Positions 25,984-38,139 are shown, numbered from the stretch's first letter. The stretch is DNA of 64,000 nucleotides from Vitrella brassicaformis CCMP3155 (GCA_001179505.1 CDMY01000471.1:6057-70056), one strand, 5' to 3'. Notes: generated by a model from the sequence alone, not told the origin. Program-made: numbers and translations.

Positions 25984-27023
25984 CCGGCCGACTGACTGAC
26001 ACGGGGCACGTGCTGAGTCAGGCCGGGTGGTGTCACTGAATGGCGCGGCGGGAGTCGGGGGTGGCTCCCGTCGCAGGCCAGGAAAGGTGTCTGGGTCAGA
26101 CAGACAGACAGACAACAGACAGACAGACAGACGGGCAAGTCCCCCTCAGACACGTCGCCCCCAGTGGATGGGGGGGAGCCCGTCGTATCCCGCGCCGAGG
26201 AATCTGTCCTCGGCGCGCCGCGGTCGTGGCTGTGTCGGCTGTCGACATGTGCCACGCCAGCAGTCCGCGCCAGCGTGTGCTGGTGCGGATCGGACACCGT
26301 CTCTCCCGAGGGTGGAGGGGCGGTGCTGGCCGTGGGGAGTCTTGTCCGGCTCCCCACGTGAGCATGGGGGCGCTGCTGAGCTGCGGGCGATATGTACCAC
26401 TGTGGGACGGGACTCAGAGAGTGACGGGCGAGCGAGGTGGGCCTTTTGATGCAGCAGAGGCGTCATGGGATGGGGAGGGAGGGAGAAAAGACATGGCAGA
26501 GCCTCTGAGACAGTGCGCGGGTGGATCGGTGGATCGGTGGTCGCTCTGAGACACACCTGCGATTGCCGCACGGACGACACACAGGGAGGGTGCGTGAGGA
26601 GTGCCGGTCGGCTGCTTGTGGAGGGAGCCTTGCCTTGCTGTGGGGTCGCCGGCCGACCGACACGCACAAGTGAGGTCTCCGTCTCTCTCCGTCTTGTGGC
26701 TGGATGGCTGCACTGACTGACTGCACCGCTCCAAGTGTCTACCTGCACCTCTGTGGGTGAGAGATAGAGCGAGCCAGACCCCGCCGAGCTCAGCTCAGCT
26801 GCACATGTGTCTTCGTTGCCATGTCCTGCCTACCCTCCCCCATTGTGGCGGCTGTATGGGGTCCCCACTGTGACGTGTCACTCGTGTTGGGTCGTTTCCT
26901 GTGGTGATTCGGATCGGCAGATAAGCAGCGTCCCCATGCGGGCTTTGAGAGAGCGCCTGCACGCGGAGTGCAGCCGCTCGCTCGGCCCGGAACACACTCG
27001 CGTGGGCCGTAGGAACGCCTGCG
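25984..27023 (+). ncRNA. Candidate structured non-coding RNA (array of consecutive stem-loops), unidentified
   Basis: At least ten stems found by eye; G-U wobbles occur on the + strand; no credible ORF. Confidence 0.4.
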
Positions 27024-28017
27024 CGACTCGTCAGGGCAGACCGACTGAACGACTACTAAACTAAACATACCTCTCTCGTGAGTGGAACTGACTGACTGGT
27101 CCGAATGGAATGACAGACAGAGAGAGGCGCAGCTCAGCCCACCCTTTTTGCCGGTGTGGTGGCGTCTCGCGTGTGCGGTGGCTTCGTAGTGGTTCAGGGG
27201 CATGGTACTCCTCTGCTTTGCGCATGTGTTTCTTCCACCGTGCTTGCCTCCTGGGTTACGTTTCAGATGAGGCGCCGCTGCATGTGACGCGCACACCCAC
27301 TTGGTGGCACTTATTCTTTCTCGTGCTGAGTTGCGACGGAAGAGAGACAGACAGGCAGGCGTACCACAGACAGGTGGCTGGAGGCGGGTGGCATGTGTGT
27401 GTGTGTGCATCTGAGTGTGTGTTGTGTTGTGTGAGAGAGAGGTGGGGTGTTTAAACGTGTCACGGCTATGCACACTACGCTATGCTGTGTCGCGAGGTGA
27501 AGCGGCAGCCTCATAATGGTCCATTCCGCCCGCTTTGGAGCACTGGACCGCCCCGACTGACTGACTGACTGACCAACTGACCGACCGATCCATCGACCGA
27601 CCGATTGTATGACTGACAGACCGGAGAGAGAGAGAGAGAGAGAGAGACCCGCTTGTGTGCATGGACGGTATTTGTTAGCCCGAGGATCCATGCGCTGTGC
27701 CTGTGTGTTGACTCGATGCGATGCCTGTATAGCCTTTGTGAGTGAATTGTACACCTTACTTACACGAACATGCCCCTCGCTCTCGCCAAGCCCATTCACC
27801 TGTTAACAAATCCTCAGAGGCGTCTCGTCTCGTCTCACAATGCACATCAGCTTATAAACCACGAAAAGACAAGCACTCAATACTTGCGCACCGCACGCAC
27901 GAGCATGTCAGCCCAGCTAACATCAAAGAGAAGCCGGCGCCCCAGCGCCTACCCCTTTCTGTCTAACGCTACACCATCACTCTCCATCAATGACATCTTG
28001 CTCCAAGCCGAATTGTC

Positions 28018-29111
28018 TCAGCAGCCGGCGCCACGAAGGCGTCGACGGGGAAACGCACATTCACCGATGAGGCACACACGACCACCAGCAGCAGGCACCT
28101 CGGCTGTGACCAAGTAGATGCTCCCAGCCATCACCGCCACAAATGCGGCGACGGTGTCGTCAGGTCGGCAGCCGCTGACGAAGATGTGACGATATGGGGC
28201 CGGATTAGCGTCATTCAGGTTCCCTTTATCGAAGAGAAAGTCCAGTACGATTCCCTCACCCTCAGGCAGCTGATAAGGCACCACGTCGAAAGACCAACAG
28301 CCGCCAATCCGATAGAGTCCGGCGGCCGCCGGACCGGGGGCCACGAACTCCCCCAGTCGCCGTGCCCACTTCACCAGCGCATATAGGATGCCGTTGTCGG
28401 CTTGATCGAACACCAGGCTCCCTCCAAAGCATCTCAGCTGATGCTCGATGGTCTTATAGATGGCCACTGTTAGCGACAGCTTGTGGAAGGCCGTCTTGCT
28501 GGGCAGATAAGCCACCGACAGCACCAGAGGCAGCCCAGTGGTGGTCAGCCGATAGGTCGCGGCCAGGCGGACAATCGTGCCCATCACCCGCCACTCGCTT
28601 CTGCCCTCCTCCAGCACGTAAACAGCACCGCACCAGGTAGCTAAGGGGGTTGACAGCGACTCTCGGCCTGTCATCCACTGTGTGGCGCGTGCCGTGAGTC
28701 ACCTGGCGCAGGCAACACTGGCACCGACAAGGACTTCAGGCCGACAGACATCATCATCAGCAACAGAAGGTGCCGGTGAGTGTGTGGCAGCCGAGGGAGG
28801 CGTCGATGCGTTCTGTAAGGACAGCAGCGGTCACCACAGAGCTGCCCACGGCGCGACAGCTGGTCGGTCCGCAGAGCCACCAAGTCGGTCAGTGCCAGCC
28901 GAGGCAATACACCTCCACGCCACACCTCGGACAGCCAGTGAGTGCGCCATCGACACCGACAATACGTCAGATCTGAGCCAAACAAGCGACAAACACCATA
29001 GAAAGCATCCGAGGTTTCTTCCCTTCTCATCTGTGCCGCCGTCTTACCCTTGCCGGCGTCGGTAATCTCCTCACTACCTCCAACCTTTGATCTCGCCTCT
29101 TTCTGCGCCAT
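28018..29111 (-). pseudogene. Frameshifted copy of the lineage-specific family (F-box-like N-terminus)
   Basis: Homologous segments LSEVWRGGVLPRLALTDLVALR, PTSCRAVGSSVVTAAVLTERIDASL, LSYLVRC and VYVLEEG..IVRLAATYRLT..LPLVLS..RHIFVSGCRPDDTVAA lie in different frames (shifts near 28870 and 28630). Confidence 0.7.
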
Positions 29112-29475
29112 TTTTCGGCGTTTCTCCACAGAGGTGAGTGTGTGGGCGTCTGAAGGAGCATCTCAGCTGACGAAATCGGAAAACGAATTTGCCAGATTCG
29201 CAGCCGGCGCCGATTCGATCCTCAGTCGATCGGGAGGGAAGGAGGCACAAAGGGAAGGAAAGAGGCCTTTCTGGGGCGTGTAGCAACGACCAAGAGGGTG
29301 CTAGCATGACCACCGACTCGCTCCTGCGATTCCGTCGGTGACAATCACACGTTCTGCGTCGACGGGCGTGTCGAAGGGCAGCGTTTGGGTGAGGCGGATG
29401 AGCAGTGAAGCAGTGGATACATTCGTCGGCATACTTTGTTCGTCTGTTTCTGCAGGTACACGAGCACGCGCCGCC

Positions 29476-30615
29476 ATGGGTGACCAGTCGGCAGCTGACG
29501 TAGCAGCTTTGATCAGAGAGCATGGACCCACGGAGGAGCGCATCACCGCCTTCCTTCGCGCGCCAGGCACATCGGCAGACAAGATCCGCCTGCTGGCGCA
29601 GCTGATAGATCAAGACGCCTCACTCCTGACGACGCCCCAGCTGCTGCAGTGTTTCTGCCAGCGGCCGCAGCTGGACATCATCGTCTTCCTGCTGCAGCGC
29701 GGCGCTCACGTGACCCTGAATACTCACTTTGGCGAAGGGTCCCCCTTGGCCAGGGCGGTCAACAATGGCGCCACGTCCGATACGCTGCGCGCGATGCTCA
29801 CCTGGGGCGCCATGCCGCCCCATTCTCCGCCCCATTCTCCGGGGGTGCGGGCGAACGCTGAGCTGCGGTAAGCCCCGACTAGATAAAGGAAAGAAACCCG
29901 ATAGGAGAGTCTGCCAGCCATCGGCCCCTTTGTGTTTGGTTGCTTGCTTCAGGTACGCGTACGCCATGTATATTCGAGTAGATCTTGAGCAGGTCATGAC
30001 GTCGGTCATCCACAGCGCCTTCGAGTCCGTGGCCGCCGCCGCCCGGCTGCTGGAGGGCCTCGCCAGCCCCACACACCCCTCCCCCGGCGCCCCCCAGCCC
30101 CTCCAGTCCCCATCAGCGACACCCTCTACGCCCACATGATCGCATCATTCCTCACGGACCTGACGGCCATCGAAATCCATCTCCCCTTCCGCCCCACCAG
30201 CACTACCTTGACGCTCCACATCCACCAGGCGCTCGTCCATGCGGTGCGCTCGGCAGCGTCCACGTGCCATGGGAGTGCCGCACTCGCCGCAGCTGAGCAG
30301 CAGCTGCCAGAGATGCGCTGTTTTGCGCTGAAGGGGCTGCATGGCCGCAGACTGTGTCTGCGTGAGGTGGTGCGTCAGGCGTGTGTCGAGGAGCTGGACA
30401 AGTGGCAGCTGTCGACAGAAGGGGTGCCGCTGCTGTGTAAGCCCTTCGACTGGCAGCAGCTGGGAGGGGTGGAGGGACTGGCGACAGGGGGAGAGCGGTA
30501 TGTGCGTCTGCTGGAAGCTGGGATGTATCTGGGCAAGTATCGCAAGTTTGTAGGCCGTAGGAGGCCGCAGAGAGCGATTGCTAACATCTTGCCCTCTGCC
30601 GGGCAGGGACGCTGA
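29476..30615 (+). pseudogene. Ankyrin-repeat protein of an expanded family, with an apparent 1-nt frameshift in a C-run near 30090
   Basis: Ankyrin-like LDIIVFLLQRGAHV..GSPLARAVNNG. After the intron, YAMYIRVDLEQV runs to a TGA, while the adjacent frame continues PVPISDTLYAHMIASFLTD...GQGR*. Could be an assembly error. Confidence 0.55.
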
Positions 30616-30699
30616 GTAGTTAGGTTTCACCCTCGGCGACCCGTGTGTGGGGATTGTCTAGAGGTACTTCCAACACCGTATCGTATTGATGTGATATAG

Positions 30700-31408
30700 C
30701 TATCGACAAACCGACCTTTTGTTCGCGCGGTTGGCTGACATGGATTCAATGGTGGCTGACGCGAGTTATCCGTCAATGTGTGTATCACTCGCGTCGATGG
30801 GCCTCGCCGCGAACGCGGCTCGATGAACGGTTACGAGGGGGGAGGGGCCCCCGAGTAATGGGAGGCGATCGGGAAGGGACACCAGGCAAAATGTCGCACC
30901 AAAGTCGATTATCCACACTAAACCAGTGATCGCGATTGGCCACGGGCTGAAATCTAGGGTAGCTCGTGAAAGGGAAGATGCAAGATCCACAACGATTTGA
31001 CTGTATTTTGCAAGGATACGGGAAGAGCGGATGAAGAGGACTCAGTCATTAGCGGTAGGACTTGTCCAGAAGCCGAGAATCGACTGTTTTTGATGGGTGA
31101 TTGCAGTGAAGGCACATCGTGTGAAGTCAGATGTTCGTGTGGACCATGCAATGTCGCCCCCTCCCCCTTGAACGGGGGAGGGGGCTTCAAAAGACAAGCT
31201 TCAATGGGTCAATGTTGATAGGTAGGAGACAATATGGCAGTCGCACGCTGGTGCAAATTGCAGTTGGAAACCCGTCTGAAGACTCGTTGTGCTGGGGGGA
31301 GGGGAAGACAGACGAAGTGGGGCCTTTTACGCGCGAGTACATGCCAGAAAGCATGAATTCACCTCATGCTTACTCCTCGATCCTCGTCATTGGCCGGCAT
31401 CTATGGAC
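30700..31408 (-). mobile_element. Possible degenerate LTR-retrotransposon fragment (retropepsin-like WIIDFGAT)
   Basis: Microsatellite-free, compositionally atypical stretch beside a gap. One motif resembles copia protease WxxDSGA; no other retroelement domain seen. Confidence 0.25.
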
Positions 31409-31708
31409 NNNNNNNNNNNNNNNNNNNNNNNNNNNNNNNNNNNNNNNNNNNNNNNNNNNNNNNNNNNNNNNNNNNNNNNNNNNNNNNNNNNNNNNNNNNN
31501 NNNNNNNNNNNNNNNNNNNNNNNNNNNNNNNNNNNNNNNNNNNNNNNNNNNNNNNNNNNNNNNNNNNNNNNNNNNNNNNNNNNNNNNNNNNNNNNNNNNN
31601 NNNNNNNNNNNNNNNNNNNNNNNNNNNNNNNNNNNNNNNNNNNNNNNNNNNNNNNNNNNNNNNNNNNNNNNNNNNNNNNNNNNNNNNNNNNNNNNNNNNN
31701 NNNNNNNN
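31409..31708. other. Assembly gap (300 N) next to a poly-C tract
   Basis: N run. Confidence 0.99.
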
Positions 31709-32274
31709 CCCCCCCCCCCCCCCCCTTCAACACACACACACACACACATGGCGTGCTGCCGAACCCAATATACACACGCCCTCTTGCTCACCTTCACGCC
31801 CACACCAGCAGCCGCACACAAACACACCGCCCGCCGCACCAAGAGACATCCGCCAACCACATCACTGGCGGGCTGCACTGCACTCGAGGGACACCGTCAG
31901 TCAGAAAGGGCGCGCTCTCTTGCCATTTCTGTTGATGCTGGGCCGCTTCCAGCGGCCGGTGCTGCTGGATTGACTGATTCGACTGCGTGTGGTCCAATGT
32001 GTGGAGAATGAATGATGATACAGAAGAAACACTCATTCGAATGACGCATTGCTGCAATGAATGCCATGGCCATGGCGATGAAGTTAAGTTGATAAGGGTG
32101 AGAAGAGAAGAGAAGAGAAGAGAAGAGAAGAGAGGGGATGGATGGATTGATTGATTCAATCTACTCTATATATCTATATCCATCATCTTGGCCGTGGTCG
32201 ATCAATATACTACAGGGCATGGATCCTCACATATACACAAGTCAGTCACGTGTCGACACACGACCCATCCGCCA

Positions 32275-32570
32275 GAGGCGGCCGAGATGCTGCTCTTGAG
32301 GGTGGACCAGTGAGAGGCAACAGACGGCACCTGAGGCTATCGACACAGACAGAGAGGAATGAGTCATGGCTGCGGTGGTGATGGGATAACCTCTCTGACC
32401 TTGGGCGCGACATTGGCGAGGAACAAGCCCTTAATGGTGGTCACATCACACCCCACCTGACCCCAGCCCAAGGCCCAGCTGTGTGTCGTCATGGTCGTAT
32501 CTCTCACTTGTGTCAGCATTGTCAGCAGCGTCAGCAGCGTCCCTTCACCTCTTCAAAACTAGCTAAGCTA
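32275..32570 (-). pseudogene. Truncated duplicate of the 5' exons and introns of the family copy at 32644-34488
   Basis: Near-identical to 33893-34205 (e.g. gaggcggccgagatgctgctcttgagggtggaccagtgaga..gacacagacagagaggaatgagtcatggc). Confidence 0.8.
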
Positions 32571-32643
32571 CCCCGCGACATCGCCCTCCCCCATGGCTCT
32601 GGGCGACATCGCCCTCCCCCATGGCTCACCTGTCGTAGCTCGA

Positions 32644-34488
32644 TCAGTGTGGTACGTAGTGTGGTATGATGTGGGCGAGTTGGTGTTCGGTCAACAGGGC
32701 GCGGACCAATGAAACGGCGACGGGATAGCGGTCGGCCAGCCGCGTGTGGCCCTCGATCGCCGCCTCGGTCGTATAGAGGTTGATGAAGCCATCGGCCAGG
32801 TACAGATAGGTAGCGGTGGTGTCGTCCTCCGTGCCCTTGAGGACGATGAATCGGGAGTGGTCATCATCCCCCTCCCACTCGCAGATGCAGTCGTCGGTCT
32901 TGTGGCCGTCTATGGGGTCCGTCAGCAGCGACCGATACCGCTCATCGCCACGGCCCACTATCGCCCGAAATACCCCCTTCTCGTCCACCCCCTCTTGGTC
33001 AGTCCAGTGCCACAACACCATCCGTCGGATGAAGGCCGTGAATGAGGGGAGGAGCCAGTCACCGTGGCGGATGGGCGGGTTGAGAGAGTCGTATGTGCGG
33101 CGGTAGGGATGGCGGGGAGGGAGGCCGGACAGCGGCAGCGTCTCGAAGTGCCACTCGTGCTCGCCGCGTCCGATGCGATACCGCTGCGTCTCTGCCTCTC
33201 CCTCCTCTCGCTCCTCTCCATCCCCCCTCTCGGCCTCCTTCTTGCCCTCACCGTCATCGTCGTCGGCCTCATCCACCTTTGTGAGCGCCAGACTGGTGCC
33301 CCTGTAGTTGAGGAGGTGGCGGAATGTGCTGTACTGGCGAAGGGCGAGGGGCATTGTGTGGAAGTCGGCCTTGGTGGGCAGGTGGGCCGCCATCCACTGG
33401 GACGCCATGATCAGCGGCAGGCCAGTCGAGGGCGTTAGCTTGTAGATGTCAGCCAGCCGGATGAAGTCGGCCCACTCACACCACACCGCCCCACCCTGCT
33501 CCAGTGCATGGGCGCACTTGGTGTAGTACTGAAGTGTCGGGCGCTGCACGTCAATGAGGCCGGTCAGCGAGTGGCGGCTGAGGTGCGTGTCGACGCGGCG
33601 CAGCACGAAGTCCTCATTGATGAGCTCGGTCCCGTAGAACGTGTTTGCCGCCCTTGCCGGGCTGATTGCGTCACTGATGGGGAGGAACCCGACAATGTGG
33701 TCGCGATAGAGATCTGTCGGCAGGCGGTTCTCCGTGCGACGAGCCGCGTTGTCGGCATCAGCAGCACCTCCAGTGTATGTGGTGTGAGTGGGGGCGGCAT
33801 GGGCATCTGGCGGCGATGGATGGGGGGCTGAGGGAGGGGTGGAGGGTGGGCGAGTGGCCGCCATGCCTTGTGTGATGGCGGTGAGGGCGCAAGAGGCGGC
33901 CGAGATGCTGCTCTTGAGGGTGGACCAGTGAGAGAAGCAGACGGCACCTGAGGCCATCGACACAGACAGAGAGGAATGAGTCATGGCGGCGGTGGTGATG
34001 GCTGGATGTCCCACGTACATTCGGAGCAACATCAGCGGCGAATGAGCCTTCTGCAACCGACACATCACGCTCCACCTGACCAACACATGCAGCCACAACA
34101 AATGCCCAGCTGTGTGTATGTGTGTCATCGTCGTATCTCTTACCTGTGTCACTTGTGCCAGCAGCACTGAGAAGCGTCGCTGCAGCTCATCAAAGCTAAA
34201 GCTACCACCTGCCGTCTGCACACAGACACACAAGACAAACACACACAGCCGTGACGGGCACACAAAGGGCGGTCAAATGTGCGTGGGAGAGACCGCCCAC
34301 CGATGCGTCACCGGTCACGTCCATCTGCGGCTGCGATGACAATCCCCTCATTTGCCGATCTGACGACACATTACACAGCACGAGACATCCTCTCTGTATG
34401 TCTGTCTGTATCGTCGGTGTCGCCGTCCTCTCCTACCCTCGGCAAACCCGTCGATGCGCTGGCGCTTGGAGCCGTCAGCACCAGACAT
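32644..34488 (-). pseudogene. Lineage-specific family copy (F-box-like motif), probable 1-nt deletion at the start of the long exon
   Basis: MSGADGSKRQR plus short exons join in phase 0 to an exon with 23 nt before the conserved TGG, against 24 nt in the neighbouring fragment. The long ORF has LPTDLYRDHIVGFL and TPSTGLPLIMASQWMAAHLPTKADF. Confidence 0.6.
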
Positions 34489-34804
34489 CTCAAACACACG
34501 CTGGTTGATCGATGATCAACAGGCGCCACGGAGCGGAAACGGCGCCTCAGGCGGAGCTGAAAGGGCGCGAGAGGAACACTTATCCATCATCAGGGCGAAT
34601 TAGCGGTTCCGCCCACCTATAGGCACCGATGTCATCCCTTTGCCCCTCTCCATCTTCCTCTTTTCTCCTCTTCTTCCATTGTTTGATTGCGAGCCTAATT
34701 GCGAGCTTCTACTATTCTTCGGTCTCTTCGAGCTCCAGCTGCATCACCAGTGCATTCATTCCCTCCTCCTATTCTCTGACTGGCAGTACCTGTGGTTGTC
34801 GAGC

Positions 34805-36602
34805 ATGAGCGGTGAAGGAGAGCCAAAGCGTCCCCACACACAAGGCGGCGACTCGGCCGCTGCAAATGACAACACACCGGTGAGCATCCGACAAGCGAAC
34901 GCATTCATTCAAGAGAGCACACAGACGTCCATCATTCATCGTGTCTGTGTGTGTGTGCTGCAGTCCATCAGCGAGGGTTTGGTTCGTCTGGAGGAGCGCA
35001 TCGCATCGCTGCACACACACATAGATCAGGCACGTGGCGCATTAGAGGCCAAATGGCCTCACTGCTGGTGTGCTCTCATCCGCTGTGTGTGTGCGCGGTG
35101 CCTGCAGGTCACACGAGAGGCTGCCGGTGTGCAGCAGCTCTTCAACACCACAGTCGCCGCACAGGTCAACCAGACACACACACACACACACACAAACACG
35201 AGAGTACTGCAGCCGTCACTCTCTCTCTGGTTGTCTGTGTGTGTGTTTGGTGCAGACGCCCTTTCTCGGCGATAAGTGGCTCAGCGTCTTCGCCGCTCTC
35301 TCGTCGGCTAAAGATGCGCTGCGCGACGTCGACGATGGCGTCAAGGGCACCATTCGGCCCATCGGCTGGGCCAAGCCGCCCCCGCCCGCCGACTCGGCCG
35401 ACGGCCTGCCGCCTGATGTCTGCCGCGACGTCATCTACCCGTGGCTGCCCATCGACGAGGCCGTCTGCTCGGCCCGCCCCATCAGCAGGGCACACGGCAG
35501 CCAACTCGTCAATGAGGCCTTCGTGCAGCGCCGCATCACCAAGCACCTCAGCCGCCACTCGCTGACCGGCCTCATCGACGTGCAACGGACAGCAGCAGAC
35601 ACAACCAATGCGGCGGCACCCACCCCAGCCCCTCCGACCACCAGCAGCAGCAGCAGTGACGCACCGGCCCCTGCAGCTGCTGGTGGTGGCCGTCATGTGT
35701 CGCATTTCTGTCATCTGTGCCAGTGCTGCTATGCCCTCGAGCATGGCGGGGTGGTGTGGTGTGAGTGGCCCGAATTCATCCGGCTGGCCGACATCTACAA
35801 GCTGACGCCGTCGACTGGCCTGCCGCTGATCATGTCGGCCCAGTGGATGGCGGCCCACCTGCCCACCAAGGCCGACTTCCACACCATGCCCCTCGCCCTT
35901 CGCCAGTACAGCACATTCGGCCACCTCCTCAACTACCAGGGCACCAGCCTGGCGATCACAAAGCTGGATGAGCCCGATGATGGCGATGAGGGCAAGAAGG
36001 GCAAGAAGGAGGCCGAGGGGGGGGATGGAGACGGGGACGGTGGGGTGACGCGGCAGCGCTATCGCATTGGAAGCAGCGAGCACGAGTGGCGGTTCGAGAC
36101 GCTGCCGCTGTCCGGCCTCCCTCCCCGCCACCCCTACCGTCACACATACGACCCCCACAACCCGCCCATCCGCTACCATGATCACGTCGTCGGTGACTTT
36201 CTCTTCCCCTCATTCACGGCCTTCATGAAGTGGATGGTCTTGGTGGAGTGGTGTTTCCAAGAGGGGGTGGATGAGAAGCAGGTATTTGGGGCGGTAGTGG
36301 GCGGTGGCGATGAGCGGTATCGGTCGCTGCTCACGGACCCCATAGACGGCCACACCACCATCGACTTCATCACCGAGGGGGAGTGGGATGACGGGCAGCG
36401 GCGACTCATCATCCTCAAGGGCATGAAGGAGGATGACACCGTCGCTGCCTACCTGGACCTGTACGGTGGCATCATCAACCTCTACACCACCGAGGCGGAG
36501 CTCGAGGGCCAGACGCGACTATCCGACCGCTATCCCACCGCGATGCAGCTCGCCCGCTCTCTCCTCACGAAACACCGACTCGCCCACATCATACCACAGT
36601 AG
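34805..36602 (+). CDS. Lineage-specific family protein (F-box-like motif), apparently intact, 4 exons
   Basis: MSGEGEPKRP; three phase-0 introns (second is GC-AG, 35030-35107); long exon with LPPDVCRDVIYPWL, TPSTGLPLIMSAQW and an acidic insert; ends HRLAHIIPQ*. Confidence 0.8.
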
Positions 36603-37419
36603 CGGAGAGGAGACAATGCAAGTGAGCCACAGCGCGAAAGAGACAAATACACAAGATGCACGCAATGAGTGCCTCGATGACATTGGTGCATCTCTTTGTG
36701 TCTGTGTGTATGTTTAGGTGAGTTGATTCGTAGACAGTGAAGAACCTGGCAGCATCGAGTTGTACTGTTCGCTTAGCTGCGGCGGAGGGCCCACTTGCAG
36801 CGACGTGTGAGTAGATGGGCTGGAGGGGCGTGGTGTTGACTCCAGGAAAGTCCCATGATACGTGTATACGTGTGTTCATGTTCGTATGTGTGAATTGCAC
36901 CGACTTACAGTGGGCGAATTCACACACATCCAATCAAAGTGTGTCCACCAATTCAGTACACACACACGCATAAACCCACTCACACACACACACCCCTCCC
37001 CCCACAGAGCGCAAGCCAGCCTCCCCACACGCAGCACATCAGAACAGATTGATGACACAACGACTACCGGCCGCTTCAGTGTCTGTAGAGTAACGAGTCG
37101 TCACACGGCCGGCCAATACACTCCGGCAGAAGCCATGCCAATCGCAGCAGCAGCTGCCATGCATCAATCAAACTAGAGGGAAGGCAATGGAGCAGCCTAG
37201 GCCTCGTCATGTCTGTGTTGCATGGCAAAGCCGCCACAGCTGTGAAGGCCCAATGCATCCACGACTGCCTTTCCTTCTCCGTCTCTCTGGCTGATTCCCT
37301 GGCTGACTGACCGGCGACTGAATGGCATTATGGGCGTGGGATTTGGGTGGCCAAGGTATAAAAAGATGGTGCGTGAGAATGTGGCAGCAACAATACGCAG
37401 TCAGTGCACTGATAGAAGA

Positions 37420-37850
37420 TGGCTCACTTTGGCGTGGCCCACACACTCTATGGAAATCCAGCAATCCATCGAGCAAAACAAATCAAGCCCAGAACCCCCC
37501 AGAGGACAGTGTTGTGAATGATGGGCGGTGTGATGTGATGTGTTGTGTTGTGTGTGGCTGACTCAAGCAGCCAGGCAGGCAGGCAGGCAGGCAGGCGATC
37601 GTTCGAGTAAGCAAACCAAGCCCGAAAACCCCCCAACCAAGAGGACAGTGCTCGAAGCGGTATGATGAGATGTGTTGTGGTTTAGTGTCTCGCTTGGCTC
37701 ACCCACCCACCCGGCCAAGAGGAAGAGACAAGCACAGGGCAACCATTATCGCACGCACGAGCGAATGGGCGGTGTGTCGGCTCACTTTGGCATGGCCGCA
37801 CACACAAAGTCCCCAGCAATCAAGGAACCATGACAGACAGACAGACAGAC
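37420..37850. repeat. Imperfect local direct repeats in intergenic DNA
   Basis: ggctcacttt(g)gg(c)(g/a)tggcc..cagcaatc occurs near 37421 and 37779; aa(t/c)caagccc..aacccccc..agaggacagtg near 37481 and 37613. Confidence 0.55.
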
Positions 37851-38139
37851 AGACAGAGAGTGTTGAGAAGTGGCCCAGCAATAGAGGGCAAAAGAACAGT
37901 GTGTGTGTGTCTCTCCGGCCTATAGAGAATGACTTATGTACGACTCAAATCACAATGCACATGTGCCACGATATAGTGATATATACGCAAAAATAGGCCC
38001 CCCGTGTGTGTGGTGATGGTGACAAGAATTTCCTGACCAACACACACACAGAGAGAGAGAGAGAGACACCGGGTGTGTGCAGCACGAGTAGGGGTGTGTG
38101 TCTGTCTGGTGTGGCTGCATGGTCAGCCGCTTACTTGGT

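Noticed and set aside
26130-26420. RNase MRP/P RNA call
   Set aside because: The P4-like pairing lacks the conserved bulged U, and no clear GARAR or CR-II/III/IV motifs were seen. Kept only as an unidentified structured RNA.
31156-31185. Helitron 3' end
   Set aside because: The hairpin is not followed by CTRR at the expected distance on either strand.
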